In this document: positions 26,281-38,330 of the stretch, one piece after another
Layout: each line of letters opens with the position of its first letter
Numbering within the stretch: position 1 is the stretch's first letter
From: Carcharhinus longimanus
Taxonomy: Eukaryota
NCBI GenBank assembly: GCA_030264375.1
Contig: JASCQW010000156.1
Span: 12,262,158 to 12,326,157, forward strand
Length of the DNA stretch: 64,000 nt
Direction of reading: 5' to 3'
Made by a program: the position numbers and the translations under genes
The notes under the pieces: model-generated
What the model saw: the letters and a program-made list of their open reading frames with translations, nothing else
Databases searched by the model: none
What the model was told of the DNA's origin: nothing

Positions 26281-27339
26281 TTGAAAGAGTTAGACTTCAC
26301 CAGGATTGGCTGAGTCAGTCCTCACTAATAATGGCTGGATTCACTTTCCTTGACATTAATCTTGTTCGGTCTCAGGTTAGGTTAAGCTTTGCCAATGCTT
26401 GGTGAATTAGACCACACCAGTATTGGGTGGGTTAAGCATTCATAACATTAAATGGATTAGGCCTTCCCCGCACTGGAGGAATTTGATCACTGCTTATTGT
26501 TTGGGCTGGACCCCACCTGTACTGGTTCAGTGAAATTTAAGTACTGATTACCTAGGTTTTCCAACTTTCCCAAAGCACAATTTCTGGACCATTCAAATAA
26601 TTGTGTGAGAAGAAACTTGTATAATTCCACCCTCTCCTTATTTATTTCTGGTACAACAATTGATTCACTTACCATATTAGTAGTATAAGGAGGCAGGAGT
26701 GAACAAATTATATCCAATTACTATATTGTCATATCCAAAGCTAATGTAATCTATGAAGACTTACAACTGCTTGTCATTTCACACATTATATTAACATAGG
26801 TAATGAAAAGGAAGGCTGGTCTTCATTTTGGTATTCTTACTCTAGTGAGTCTGACAGGAAAAATAACAACCACTATGCTCTGGAACAGTAAGACCATAAT
26901 TCTCAGTAGGGTTGGATTTTTATAGAGATTTCTAGTGTGGGACTTGAGCAGAGGAAAAAAAAGAACATGCTTTATTTATTGTGATGTGTTTGAATTTATG
27001 TTGGGTCTTCCAGCATATTATTCCCTTGCTTGCTGATACAGAAAGCGCCACTCACAGTCCCCCTTATAAATCACCAAGGGTTTTGCCATTTTGCCCCAAG
27101 GGTCAAAACAACAATGATTGTGGTCTTTCATTGAGTAAATAATGGCATTTATCATGCTTCAGTTTATCTTGTTAATTAAGCAATAACAGCTCAAAGTAAT
27201 CGCACGGGAAGGGAAAGAATTATACATAAAATGTGAAGGAAACTACAGTTCATACTCTGCTGCTTCACAGGCCTAAGTTCTGTATTTTATAATTACTAAT
27301 ATTTTTCTGTCAAACCCTTAAAAGTTATATCTGAAAGGA

Positions 27340-28110
27340 AAAGACTTGCATTTACGTAGCTCCTCTCACAACCTTAGAACCTTCCAAATTGCTTTACCGC
27401 CAATTAAGTATTTTTGAGAAGTTATTGCAATGTTGCGAGATAGACAGCCATTTAGTACACAGCAAGGTCCAATAAAGAGCAACATGGTAATGATCAAATA
27501 TTCTGTTTTTGTTCAGTGATCAGTCCTCAGTTTAATGTCGCTGCCAAAAGATGGCAACTCCAACAACGCAGCGCTCCCTCAGTACTGCACTAAGCCATGA
27601 GTTTAGATCAGGGCTGTCAAACTCAACTTATATTATGGGTCTGATTTGACATCCTGGCTCTTGGTATGGGGCATCCTCCCCAAACTTATTTGGAGACACA
27701 GGAATTGAAATTGGTATGCATTTCACTCCATTTTTAAATGTAAAATGGATGTATTGTATACTAATTACCAGGCACAGGGTCTTGTGCCAACGTCATGACC
27801 ACTTCTTACAATTTTAAACCTTCCTGGCAGGCTGCCTAAAGTCAGCAATGGATTAATTTAAATCTGCAAAGAAAAATACTGTGCCTCTTTTGAAGTTGAA
27901 AATTGACAGTGCAGATCCCCTGGGCTCCAAGAGGTATCCTTTGAATGGTATACAATGGGTTGGATGGAACTGTTTCACAGATTCAACCCATGGGATGTAT
28001 GTTAGGTGCCGCTGGTCTAAATTTTGTGCTCTGGTCCTTGGAATAGGACTTCAACTTATCAGATTCTGACACAGAGTCAAAAAATGCTACCATTGAATGA
28101 CAGCTGAGTT
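27340..28110 (-). mobile_element. DeuSINE/SacSINE1-like element split by an insertion at ~27609-27990
   Basis: aagacttgcatttacgtagc tail, gcgctccctcagtactgcact core; resumes at ~28015 with gtgctctggtccttggaataggacttcaac. Confidence 0.65.
27609..27914. mobile_element. hAT/Charlie-like non-autonomous element
   Basis: Starts cagggctgtcaaactc (hAT-type TIR); degenerate partner ttgacagtgcag near 27903-27914. Confidence 0.45.
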
Positions 28111-28292
28111 CTGGGTCTCAGGTAAGACAACGTGTAAACAGTGGGTAGATTTAACAACAGAAGATAAAGGTGTTAAATTCATGGGGGAAACAAGTATTTT
28201 AAAGTTGTAATGCACCTTGACCAGCAGTGGTGGAGAGATTTGTTTTAATTTGAACAAAACAATTGAAAGAAATGGAAGAAGCGCACACCTTG

Positions 28293-28562
28293 GGTTGGCA
28301 CAGTAGCACAGTGGTTAGCACTGCTGCTTCAAAGTGCAGGTTTGATTCCTGGCTTGGGTCACTGTCTGTGTGGAGTTTGCACATTTTCCCTGTATCTGCG
28401 TGGGTTTCCTCCAGGTGCTCCGGTTTCCTCCCACATTCTGAAAGACATGCTGGTTAGGTGCATTGACCCGAACAGGAGCCGGACTGTGGCAACTAGGGGA
28501 ATTTCACAGTAACTTCATTGCAGTGTTAATGTAAGCCTTACTTGATACTAATAAAGTTTACT
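28293..28562 (+). mobile_element. V-SINE with HE1-like head/core and a different 3' tail
   Basis: Head and core as in 17654, but the tail is atttcacagtaacttcattgcagtgttaatgtaagccttacttgatactaataaag. Confidence 0.8.
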
Positions 28563-29026
28563 TCACTTTTTACATCATTGAGGATTATGGATTTATGTGC
28601 ACCAACCATTACTTTTATTTTGTTAACTGTGAGTAAGAAATGTAAACATGAATTGGATGTCTCCCTGACCCATGATCCCAAACCCTGAGTGTGCAGTCCT
28701 AAAAAAAAAGTAGGATTATGAATCATGCCTGTAGTCTTATTCCAGAATTTAGCTAAACTCGCACTCCCAGGCTAATTTAGTAAGATTAGTAACTTCACTT
28801 TGAAAAAAAATGGCTGTTTTTTTGTGCATTTTTCCAGCTGCAGTCACATTTTAACAACTCTTTCTAAGCGTGAAGGGTTCTGTTTATTTTGTTTATGGTT
28901 GTTGCCAAAATCAAACGGAAGTGTAAATATTCATGGGTTTTATTTCTTTCTCCAAATGATTTTTTGAGCCAATGTGTACATTTAGTTGTTTTCTTTTGCC
29001 TTATGGTGCTGATTTGAAAGTGCAAT

Positions 29027-30730
29027 CATAGGAACATAGGGAGATTTATGGCATAGAAGGAGGCTCTTCAGCCCATTGCGCCCATGCCACCCAACAAAGA
29101 GCAATGCAACCTAATCCAGCCTTTCAGCTTTTAGTCCATATCCCTATATGTCAGGGCACTTCAAGTGCATTTCTAAGGATTTTTTAAAATATAGTACAGG
29201 TCTCTGGTTTTACCACCCATTCGGGCAGCGGGTTCTAGGTACCCATCCCATGTGTAAAAATATTACACTCATCCATCCCCTAACCCTTCTCCCAATTATT
29301 TTAAATCTGTGCCCCTGGTTATAGACCTCTCTGCATATGGAAATACATCCAACCTATCCGCTCTCTTAGGCCCCTTATAATTTGGTACAACTCAATTGAA
29401 TCTCTCCTCAAACTCCACCGTTGCAAAAAAATCAGCCCCAGCCTGTCCAATCTTTTCTCATAGCAAGAAATTCTCAATTTCTGGCAACACCTACTTAAAT
29501 CTCCTCTGTACGCTCTGTAGTATGATCACATCTTCCTGTAATGCAATGACTAGTAATGTATGCAACACTCGATCTACACCCTATTAGTGTTTTATGGAGC
29601 TGGATTTTATGGCATCCCACCAGGCCTGTATTTGGCAGCAGGGTCATGTAAACTACAAGAGGTACTAGTCCACTCCCAACCCAATCTCAATAATATGGTG
29701 GGTGGATGTGTGCAGAAACTAGGCCAATTGCCATATTTAAATAAATAATTAACCATGTGCCATAACGTGGTTGGTATGGTGTAATAACTCTAAGGAGGCA
29801 AAAGTTAGTTTGTTTACATCAAACATCTGTACATAGCCAGTTCTCCATTTGCTCCCTGCTGAATACAGGTTGCAAGTCTGACACACCTGCTTTAAATAGG
29901 GAACATGAGGCTTCCTGATTTAACCATCAATTAAGACTCAATTCATACTCTAGCAAGCCAACCTCATTAGCCTGGCCGAAGTCATCACGTATGGTCAGAC
30001 AAATGGGAATGAGGAGCCCACTTTCAAAAACATATTTTGTAAAGGCAGGAAGGGAGGGATACAGCATTCAGGGCATTCAACAACATCCTCCCCTCCACCA
30101 CAAGATGTTGCCTTCCCCTTTGTGCCTCTCCACCTGGCCTCAGAAACCCACTCTCCTCCCTGCTCATGCTCTGTCCCCTAGGCTGCCTGCTCCCTCCCCC
30201 CACAGAAAGGCCCAATTTCCAGCTATGGCATCCATCTTCTCTTTCGTGGAGATGGTTACAGTCCCAGCAGCACCTATTATTCAGTTCTGGTACTGCTGGG
30301 AATACTAAGCTCTCGAGAGTGGGACTTCCTCCCACTGAAGGGCAGATGTTCTACTCGACGCCCATTTAGTTCACCAGCAGTGCATTATCACTAAGTGGCA
30401 GGGTTTCTTTTGGATTCATCAGCTGCAATGGGAGAACTTGCGTTGGGGTGATGATCAATGGAATCCCTTCATGAAATTCCCCCTGTGCAGTTCTAACATA
30501 ACCTCCCTGCACTTACACATCTGGCTTCAGCCAATAGGAAGTGTCCCATATGCCTTTTTGACCACCTCTTCTACCTCTCTAAAACCTTCAGGGAATCCAT
30601 GGGCATTTAGTCCAAAGTCCTTCTGTTCTCTATACGCCTCAGTATCTTGCTGTTTATTGTGAACGCCATGGTCTTATTAATTCTCTCCTTATCTATTAAC
30701 TCCCACATTTTTAGATCAAATTCCATTTGC
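29027..30730 (-). mobile_element. CR1 LINE 3' region interrupted by a TIR element (29596-30483)
   Basis: Reverse tail cataggaacatag..aaggaggctcttcagccc; host reads ttagtgttttat|..|gcagttctaacataacctcc..cacatttttagatcaaattccatttgcca. Confidence 0.8.
29596..30483. mobile_element. Non-autonomous Harbinger-like element
   Basis: Termini ggagctggattttatg / catgaaattccccc; flanks tat / tgt. Confidence 0.6.
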
Positions 30731-32014
30731 CAAAGAGAGTCAAATGGAGATTTGGATAAAGAGTCAGAAGGAGTCAGAGACTTTAGGGGAAAATAGGTGA
30801 AAATTGGGAAGAAAGGACACAGACACCAGAACGATTGAATTTTTATTTCAGCAGTTCCATTTATACAGAGCATTCTGTCTTAGCCTGCTCCTTCACCCAA
30901 ATACCAAAGAAAACCTCTGATTCATTACTTCCATCACAGAAGGGGAAAAACTGTTGACTGATGCGGGAATGACTGCCTTTCCTGAATTGAAACAGTCTGA
31001 TTTAAGAAGGAAGAGGAAACATCTCTTATGTTTTCTTACACATTTTTGGAAGGCCTGCTTGAACCTAATTGTTTTCAACAAGTTTGGCTGATTTCACCAT
31101 TACAGCTCAAACAAGGACTGATTATAGGAGACGAGGAACAATCTGTTAGGCCCGATGGCTGGCCTTTCTGCCTCTAAACTGCATAAAATGAGACAAACTT
31201 TTCACATTTTTTGTTTTTCTTTTAAGTCACTGAGGGAGACTAATGACTGTGACTTTCGCAGCCCAAAGCATAATCACAGGTATTCTTAACATTTTCACTG
31301 CCATATTTTGAGCAGAACTGAAGTGATTGTGAATTTTCCTTTCTTTGCCATTCATCAGAGGGAGCTGATTCATGGTAGAATATTGTTGTATGAGTGCCAG
31401 CTGCCCTCTGGTATCATATCCAACTAGTCTATCCTCATGTGTGAACCTGCGCAAAAGAACATAATGTAAGAAATAGAAACTAGAGTAATCCAGCTGGCCC
31501 CTCACCTGCTCCACCAATCAGTAAGATCATGGCTGACCTGATTGTGGTCTTAACTCTACTTTCCTGTCTGCTACCTCCAACCTCCACCCCATAATCCTTG
31601 ACTCTTTCCTTTACAGATGAAAAATCTGTCCAGTTCAGCCTATAATATATTCAATAATCGAGCCTCCATTCATGCTTTAAAGTCTAGATTTTCTGATTTT
31701 TTTCAACACCAAATGTTTTTGTTCTTGTGTTAAAATAATACTGAACAGGTAATGCAGACTCACATTGAACCAAAGATGGCATTGCGATTAAATCCGAATC
31801 TCAGCTGACATTCCCGTTGTAGAGAGGAACACTAAATAAGAATGCTTGCTGATCTTTTTCTCTCATTGTGACCTCAGTATCCTTGTTTATCCTGTCATTC
31901 CGTTTGTCCTTACTTTTGCTGCTGTAAAATTTCGTTCATTTTCGGAGGTTTCAACAGGTCGAATGCCAAATGTAGTTGTTTCTTCATCATTAGTAATGCA
32001 GGAGAGGTCTGAGA

Positions 32015-32830
32015 GATATACAGTGCAGAAAAGACTCTTCAGCCCATCGTGTCTGCACCCACATTACCTACCACTAAAGGCATGCTAATCCCATTTTCCT
32101 GCTCTTGTCCTTTATCCTTGAATATTATGAGATTTCAAGCACTCATCCAAATATTTTTTAAAGGTTGTAAGGTTTCTGGCCTCAACTACCTTCCTAGGTA
32201 GTGCATTCCAGATTTCCACAACCCCCTGAGTGAAAAGATATTTTTCTTAAATCTCCTGCCCCCTCGTGATTGACCCCTTAACCCAGGGGAACTGCTGCTC
32301 TTTATTCAACATATCCGTACCGCTCATAATCTTATATATCGCAATCATATTCCCCCTTAACAGTTTCCGCTGTAAAGAAAACAATCCAAGCCCACCCTGT
32401 CTCCCTTATAGCTCAAATGCTCCATCCCAGGCAGCATCCAGGTGAAACTCCTGTCTGCCCCCTCAAGTACTATCACATCCTTCCTATAGTGAGGTGACCA
32501 GAACTGCACACAATACTCCAGCTGTAGCCTAACCAATGCTCTCTACAACTCCAACATTACCTTCTTGCTCTTATACGATATAACATGACTGATGAAAGTA
32601 TGTGTCCCTCATGCCTTCTTAACTATCCTATTCACATGTTCAGCCAATTTCGGGGATTTGTGAATAATTACCCCAAGATTGCTCTGTTCCTCTGAGCTTC
32701 CCAATGCCATCCATATCTTCCTGCAACCTATAACCATCTTCTTCATTATTAACCACCCTACCAATCTTGGTGTTGTCTGCAAACTTGCCTATCATTCCCC
32801 CCATATTTCCATCTTAACGTTTCTGTATTT
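32015..32830 (-). mobile_element. CR1 LINE RT 3' half
   Basis: gtgaccagaactgcacacaatactccagctgt (LEYCVQFWSP) and ttggtgttgtctgcaaactt (KFADNTK). Confidence 0.85.
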
Positions 32831-33656
32831 ACGGGACTTAATCCATATGGATCTATCATTCTTGATGACTAGAACTATTTGCATGGTCCATTCACTAATG
32901 CTGACAGGTTTCCAGACTCCCATCTTCCTAAATTGTTCCAAGTCAGCTTCCACTTTTGGCTTAATGGCATATGGTGCAGACCTTGCCTTTAAGCATTTTG
33001 TTTGATCTCCTTTTCTTATTTTCAGTTCAACTGTAATATCATTCATGCTCCCTAATTCTCCATCAGACATAATTGTGTGCTTCTTTAAAATTTTTGCGAG
33101 AGCTGATTCTCGGTTGGTGATTATGTTGACTTCGGCCCAGCTCATTCAAATCTTCCCCAGCCATATATAATCCATTAAGACTGGATAGTTGCATTTTACT
33201 AAAATTAGAGACGAATCTGCTGTTCGCCTATTAAATTGCACTGCTACTTTGATGCAGCACTTCACTGGAACTATTTCACCAATGTATGCCTTCTGCGCTA
33301 TTGTTGGTTGATTCAAGGGGATATGTTTAAGTTTCAACTTGTAAAGAGTCTCTGGCATCAGCGAGACTGATGCCCCGGTATCAGCTTCTATTCTTACTGG
33401 CTGTCCATCCAACAGTGGAGTAACTGAGCATCAGTGTGCAGCACCAGCAATGGCTGACACATTCGGTGATGATTGCTCCTCAGACTATGAGTCGCGATGT
33501 TTTTCTCAGCCCTTTTGTACAGAATGAACATTTCGTCCTTTGTTCTAATTAAATGCTGTCTTGGTTTGTTCTTATTTTTTATTTTTAATTAGAGCTTGCT
33601 TTTACTTCCAGCCAGTACATTCTGGCTGTTCTTTTTTTCCCACAGCTTCAACATAT
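32830..33656 (-). mobile_element. Gypsy gag end/protease/RT start, decayed
   Basis: DGQPVRIEADTGASVSL (aspartic protease); KARSAPYAIKPKVEADL..GVWKPVSISEW..IVLVIK (RT N-terminus). Confidence 0.9.
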
Positions 33657-36315
33657 TAGGCAAAATCTTACCAAAAAACGGCAACGTGTTGGTTCTAGCA
33701 TGAAAAACTGAATGTTCCCCATCAATGGCGCTGATGTGTTTTTAGGCCAAATCCGATGCCTTGTGAGCAATAATTTTTATGCCCATGAGTTTCATGCCAC
33801 TTCAGTGGCGTGTTCCCTCTGATTCGCCTGCCCTGCAATGACTTAACTGCTGCAAACACTGGGGAACTCCATATAAATGGCTCTCCCATACTCCCAGCAC
33901 TTGTTCCACAATGACTGCAGGAGAAGGCAGCCAAGAAGGTAGCACTGCACTTTTCAGAGGAGACCACACCAGGATGCTGGATGGAGTGGAGCAGACCCTC
34001 TGTTCCGGTGGGACACCCTCTACCCTCATTCAAGGACTTGGCCTTCCAGCAGGTCACCACCCCTGCCTGGGATGCAATGGCAGCCCTAGTCAGTGAAAGC
34101 ACACTCCAGAAGAGGATGGGGCAGTAATGTCAGAAGAAGATGAATGATCTTCTTCGCTCAGCCAGGGCAAGTGAACTATCCACAGTCTCCCACTGGACCC
34201 ACTCACACATCCCTCATCCCCAACCCTAACTCTACTCAGCCACCTTAGCCTTTGCAAATATCAGGCACCAGGCTTCCCTCCCACCGACCGTCTCTTCCAC
34301 AATCACCATGTTTTCCCAGTAGCTACTATTCTCCTCACACTCCAGCTCCCACTCAAACCCACAGCTACCACACCTCATCACCACCTACACTTCCTTTCTG
34401 TGCCATTGCAGGATAAATTCAACCAAATTAGGCATCAGTGGGTGCAGCCAGCTGAAGTCACGCCTAAGCTGAGAACCCTCACATGTTTTGAGGAGCAAAT
34501 CTTCGAGCTGACTGGGAGGAGAAAGAGTGTGCCTGTACAGTTGATGAATATTGTCATTCTTGAAGTTTCAACTGAGTAATCAATGTTCTATCCATAATCC
34601 CCTGTAATCCAATGGCCAGCCCTCTGGGTTCACCAGACTTCAGCAGTTCAGAGGGGTCCTTCCTTGAAGAGGTGCATTGCTGCCATCAATACTCAGCACC
34701 AATACGTATACTCACACCTCAGTTGTTCCAATAAGTAGGCAAGCTTCTGGGTTACTCACTGGTGAGCAACTCACAGCTGAAGATGCGCAGTAAGCAAAGG
34801 CAGGAATGCCCCAGGGAACTGACACTCAGAGGAATGAGGAGTCTAGGACTCTGCTGAACCCTTTGCCAATGATGTGCCCCTGGGGCCAGTCATCCCACAG
34901 CTGCTGGAGCTGCAAAAGCAGAGTCACAAGTATCAGGAAGGGATGGCAGCCGCCCTCCTTGGAATATAAGTCCGATTGGAGGAAACCCATTGCCTCCTAT
35001 CCAAGGAGATGGTGCCTTCACTGCAGCACATGAAGGCTAACACTGCCAGCTTGACATCTGAAGTGGAGATGTTGGTGCAAGACATGCACTATATGGCAGG
35101 AGAAGTCCACATCATTGTGCAGCGTTTCAAATGCTTGGTGCAGGCACTGATGGGAATCCACGAGTGTCAATGCCAGAGGATGACGGGGCTTCTGGATCTC
35201 AATCCAGCTGCTCCTCCATCCCATGAGGAGCACAGAGGCTCTCAGGAACCTGAGGGAAGAGGATTAGCAGGAGTAAAGCCCTGGGTCCTACAGCCGGGGA
35301 ACCTGGACATCTCCAACCCATCTGACAGCTCCCTCCCTATAAGTGACACCTCCAGCCCCTGACACCAAGGAGAGAAGCAGTCAAATATTTGTCATGTTCT
35401 CAAGTTTCTGACATTGGAGGACTCCTACCAAGGTTATCTCAGGCAACAAGGCATGGAAGTCAGCTGGCTGCCTTAACCTCAACTGTGGATGTTGGAGATA
35501 CACCTAGACATAATGGGAGGGTCAGGAAGATTAAGAAGCTGTAGACACTTAGTGGGCAAGAGTGAATATCAGCACTAGTGTTCATGGGCCATCAGTTTGT
35601 TTTGAATGTTTGGCAATAAGTTCCATTTTGTTCACCCACACCCACAAAGCCTCCACCCTGTCTGTTCTTGCCACCAGTGCCTCATCCCTGTGGAGTGTGA
35701 GGATGCCAGTGCTAAGCCCTTCCGTCCCCTTGCCAGCTTCCACTAATGAAGGCACTCCTTCAACTGTGATATGGAGAGGGATCCTGCTGCATGCATACCA
35801 GCCTTCATAGCGTCTTTAAAACTTTGAAATGAAGGGAAGGTCAGGCCTCCAAGTGACCCCTCCCAATCCCTCTCCCTGAAATCCCAATTCTGGGACCAAG
35901 TTCCAAGTTGAACTTATCTGTGTCCCTAAATCCTCTCCAGTGCCTCCTGAGCAGTGCACACAGTGGAGGGTATTGGCTGTCAGGGCACCCATGTCTGAAT
36001 TCCTCTCAGAGGTGAAGACACTAGGTTCATGCTTATGTAGAGTTGTTGTAAATAGTGCTAAATAGTGATGTCACCCTGGTGCCCACAAAACATTCAGTGA
36101 GGGAGGAAGTTCCGGGGACAGTACTTGCTAATGATATGCTAATGTATTAAAATGAGCTTTCTGCAGTCCCACAGAATGTTTCATACCCACTCCACCAGCG
36201 AAAGATTATAAGATCGGAACTCGGAAACTCACCAGCAACAATCGCACTCTCTGGATTTTGAGCACGCACCTCCAATCCTGCAGATGGAGAATGCAGGTTC
36301 AGAATCACCCCCCAC
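33657..36315 (+). mobile_element. Harbinger-type element with decayed Myb/SANT gene, inserted in Gypsy gag
   Basis: RMLDGVEQ..SRSPP / TTPAWDAMAALVSESTLQKRMGQ*CQKKMNDLLRSAR at ~33960-34170; termini ggcaaaatcttacc / agaatcaccccc. Confidence 0.75.
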
Positions 36316-36730
36316 CACCCCATGTCTTTACACCAGCATTCAGCTGTAGAATACCCTACCTTTGCACACCATTGACACGTACAAATTTTGAGGTTCTTGG
36401 ATATCAAATTCGACTGCCATTTTGACTATTCGAGCACGAGAACTCAATTCCTGAGCTTCCTTTGCAGCCAGTTCCATAGAAACAGCAAATTCTTACTCTT
36501 TTTTAGAATAAGGTTACTCTTCATTAGCAAACATTTCTGTATTGCTTCCCTGTGCAGATCACAGACGAATCTGTCCCAAATAATGTCATTCAGCACATCT
36601 CTAAACTCATAATATTTGCAAGTCTTTTATACACAGTCACGAATTGCACAACTGACTCCCCCTCCTCTTGATTTGTTTTTTGAAATCTAAAGCTCTGTGC
36701 AATCATCAAAGGTTTTGGAGAAAAATGTCT
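36316..36730 (-). mobile_element. Gypsy gag fragment (continues 32830-33656)
   Basis: CQWCAKVGYSTAECWCKDM zinc knuckle; LNDIIWDRFVCDL..AIQKCLL and IAQSFRFQK gag motifs. Confidence 0.8.
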
Positions 36731-36734
36731 AGAT

Positions 36735-37830
36735 GAATATAGGAGCAGGTAGAGGCCACTCAGCCCATTAAGTTCACTCTGTCATTCAGTACAATCATTG
36801 CTGATCATCCACTTCAATGCTTTTTTTCCTCACACTATCCCCATATACCTTTATGTCATTTGTATTTAGAAATCTATCAATCTCTGCCATAAACATGCTC
36901 CATGAATGGACTCCAACAACTTGCTGCACCTGAACATTAGTTTTCAATGACTTACTGACAATGATACCTAGGTCCCTTTGTATGTCTGCACTTGCAATTT
37001 AAGAAATACTCCGTGCATTTGTTTCCCCTACCAAACTGGATACCCTCACATTTTTCCATATTATATTACACCTGTCATGTTATTGCATGTTCATTATGTC
37101 TATTCAGATCCTCTTGAAGCTGCTAAGCATTTCCTCAAAACACATTTCCACATAGCTTTGTGTCATTCATGAACCTGGAAATATTACATTTGATCCCCAC
37201 ATCCAAATCATTGTTATATATTGTGAACTGCTGGGGCCAAAGTACTGATTGTTGTGGTACCCTACTCGTCACACACAGCCTGCCAACATGAGAATGATCC
37301 ATTTATTCCTACTCTCTATTTTCTGCCTGTTAACCAATCCTTAATCCATGCCAGTACATTGCCCCCTATCCCATGTGCTTTAATTTTGCTAACCAACCTC
37401 CTGTGGTGCATTTATCAAATGTTCTCTGAAAATCCAAATACCTTACATCCACCAACAACTCCACATCAATTCTGTTAGTAACATCCTAAAAAAATTTCAA
37501 TGCGCTCATCAAATATGATTTCTCATTCATAAATTTATGTTGATAATGCCCATTCAGATCATTATTATCTGAGTGCCCATTTGTCAAATCCTTTAGAACA
37601 GATTCCAGCATTTTCCCTACTACTGATATAAGGCTAACAGGCCTGTAGTTCCCCATTTCTCTCTCTCTCCCTTCTTAAATAGTGGGTTGACATTTGCTAC
37701 CTTCCAATCTGTAGGAACCATTCCAGAATCTATAGTATTTTGGAAAATGATCACCAATTCATCAATCTACATAGACAATCTCTTCAACACACTAGGATGT
37801 AGAATATTGGGTCCTATCAATCTTCAGCTC
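36735..37830 (-). mobile_element. CR1 LINE, internally deleted
   Basis: Reverse tail; ttgacatttgctaccttccaatct..ggaaccattccagaatcta (SGMVP.DWKVANV). Confidence 0.85.
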
Positions 37831-38024
37831 ACCTGCTGAATTAAGTAGGTTTTGAGCTGTTGAAACTCAGCCAAGCATTCACAACAGGCTCAGCTATATG
37901 AACAGTCCTTAGGAAATGTCAATAATTAAATCTATTGAAACAAGAGGAATAAATGTGTTTTCTTTTGTTGTAAGCCATAGCAGATGAACTGTNNNNNNNN
38001 NNNNNNNNNNNNNNNNNNNNNNAA

Positions 38025-38330
38025 TGAATCAGAGAAGCCGTACAGGGAGGAGGAGCCACTTGGCCAATCGAGTCTACGTGGACCACAATCCCACCCAAGC
38101 CCTATTTCCATAATCCCACTTATCTGCCCTGCTGGTCACCCTGACACTAAGGGGTAATTTCCAATGGCCAATCAACTTAACCCGCACTTCTTTGGACTGT
38201 GGAAGAAACCGGAGCACCCGAAGGAAACCCTCAAAGACACGGGGAGAATGAGCAAAATCCACACAGAAAGGGACCTAAGCCGGGAATCAAACCCGCTGTG
38301 AGGTAGCAGTGCTAACCACTATGTCACTAT
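38025..38330 (-). mobile_element. HE1-like SINE
   Basis: tttggactgtggaagaaaccggagcacccgaaggaaaccc...gcagtgctaaccact. Confidence 0.85.

Noticed and set aside
32792-33412. Domesticated retroviral-type protease gene
   Set aside because: Interrupted by a stop, truncated by a CR1, and the gag is split by a transposon; a dead Gypsy copy.
34976-35362. 128-aa coiled-coil-like ORF as a host gene
   Set aside because: Lies inside the decayed Harbinger Myb/SANT element, whose upstream part has stops and frameshifts.
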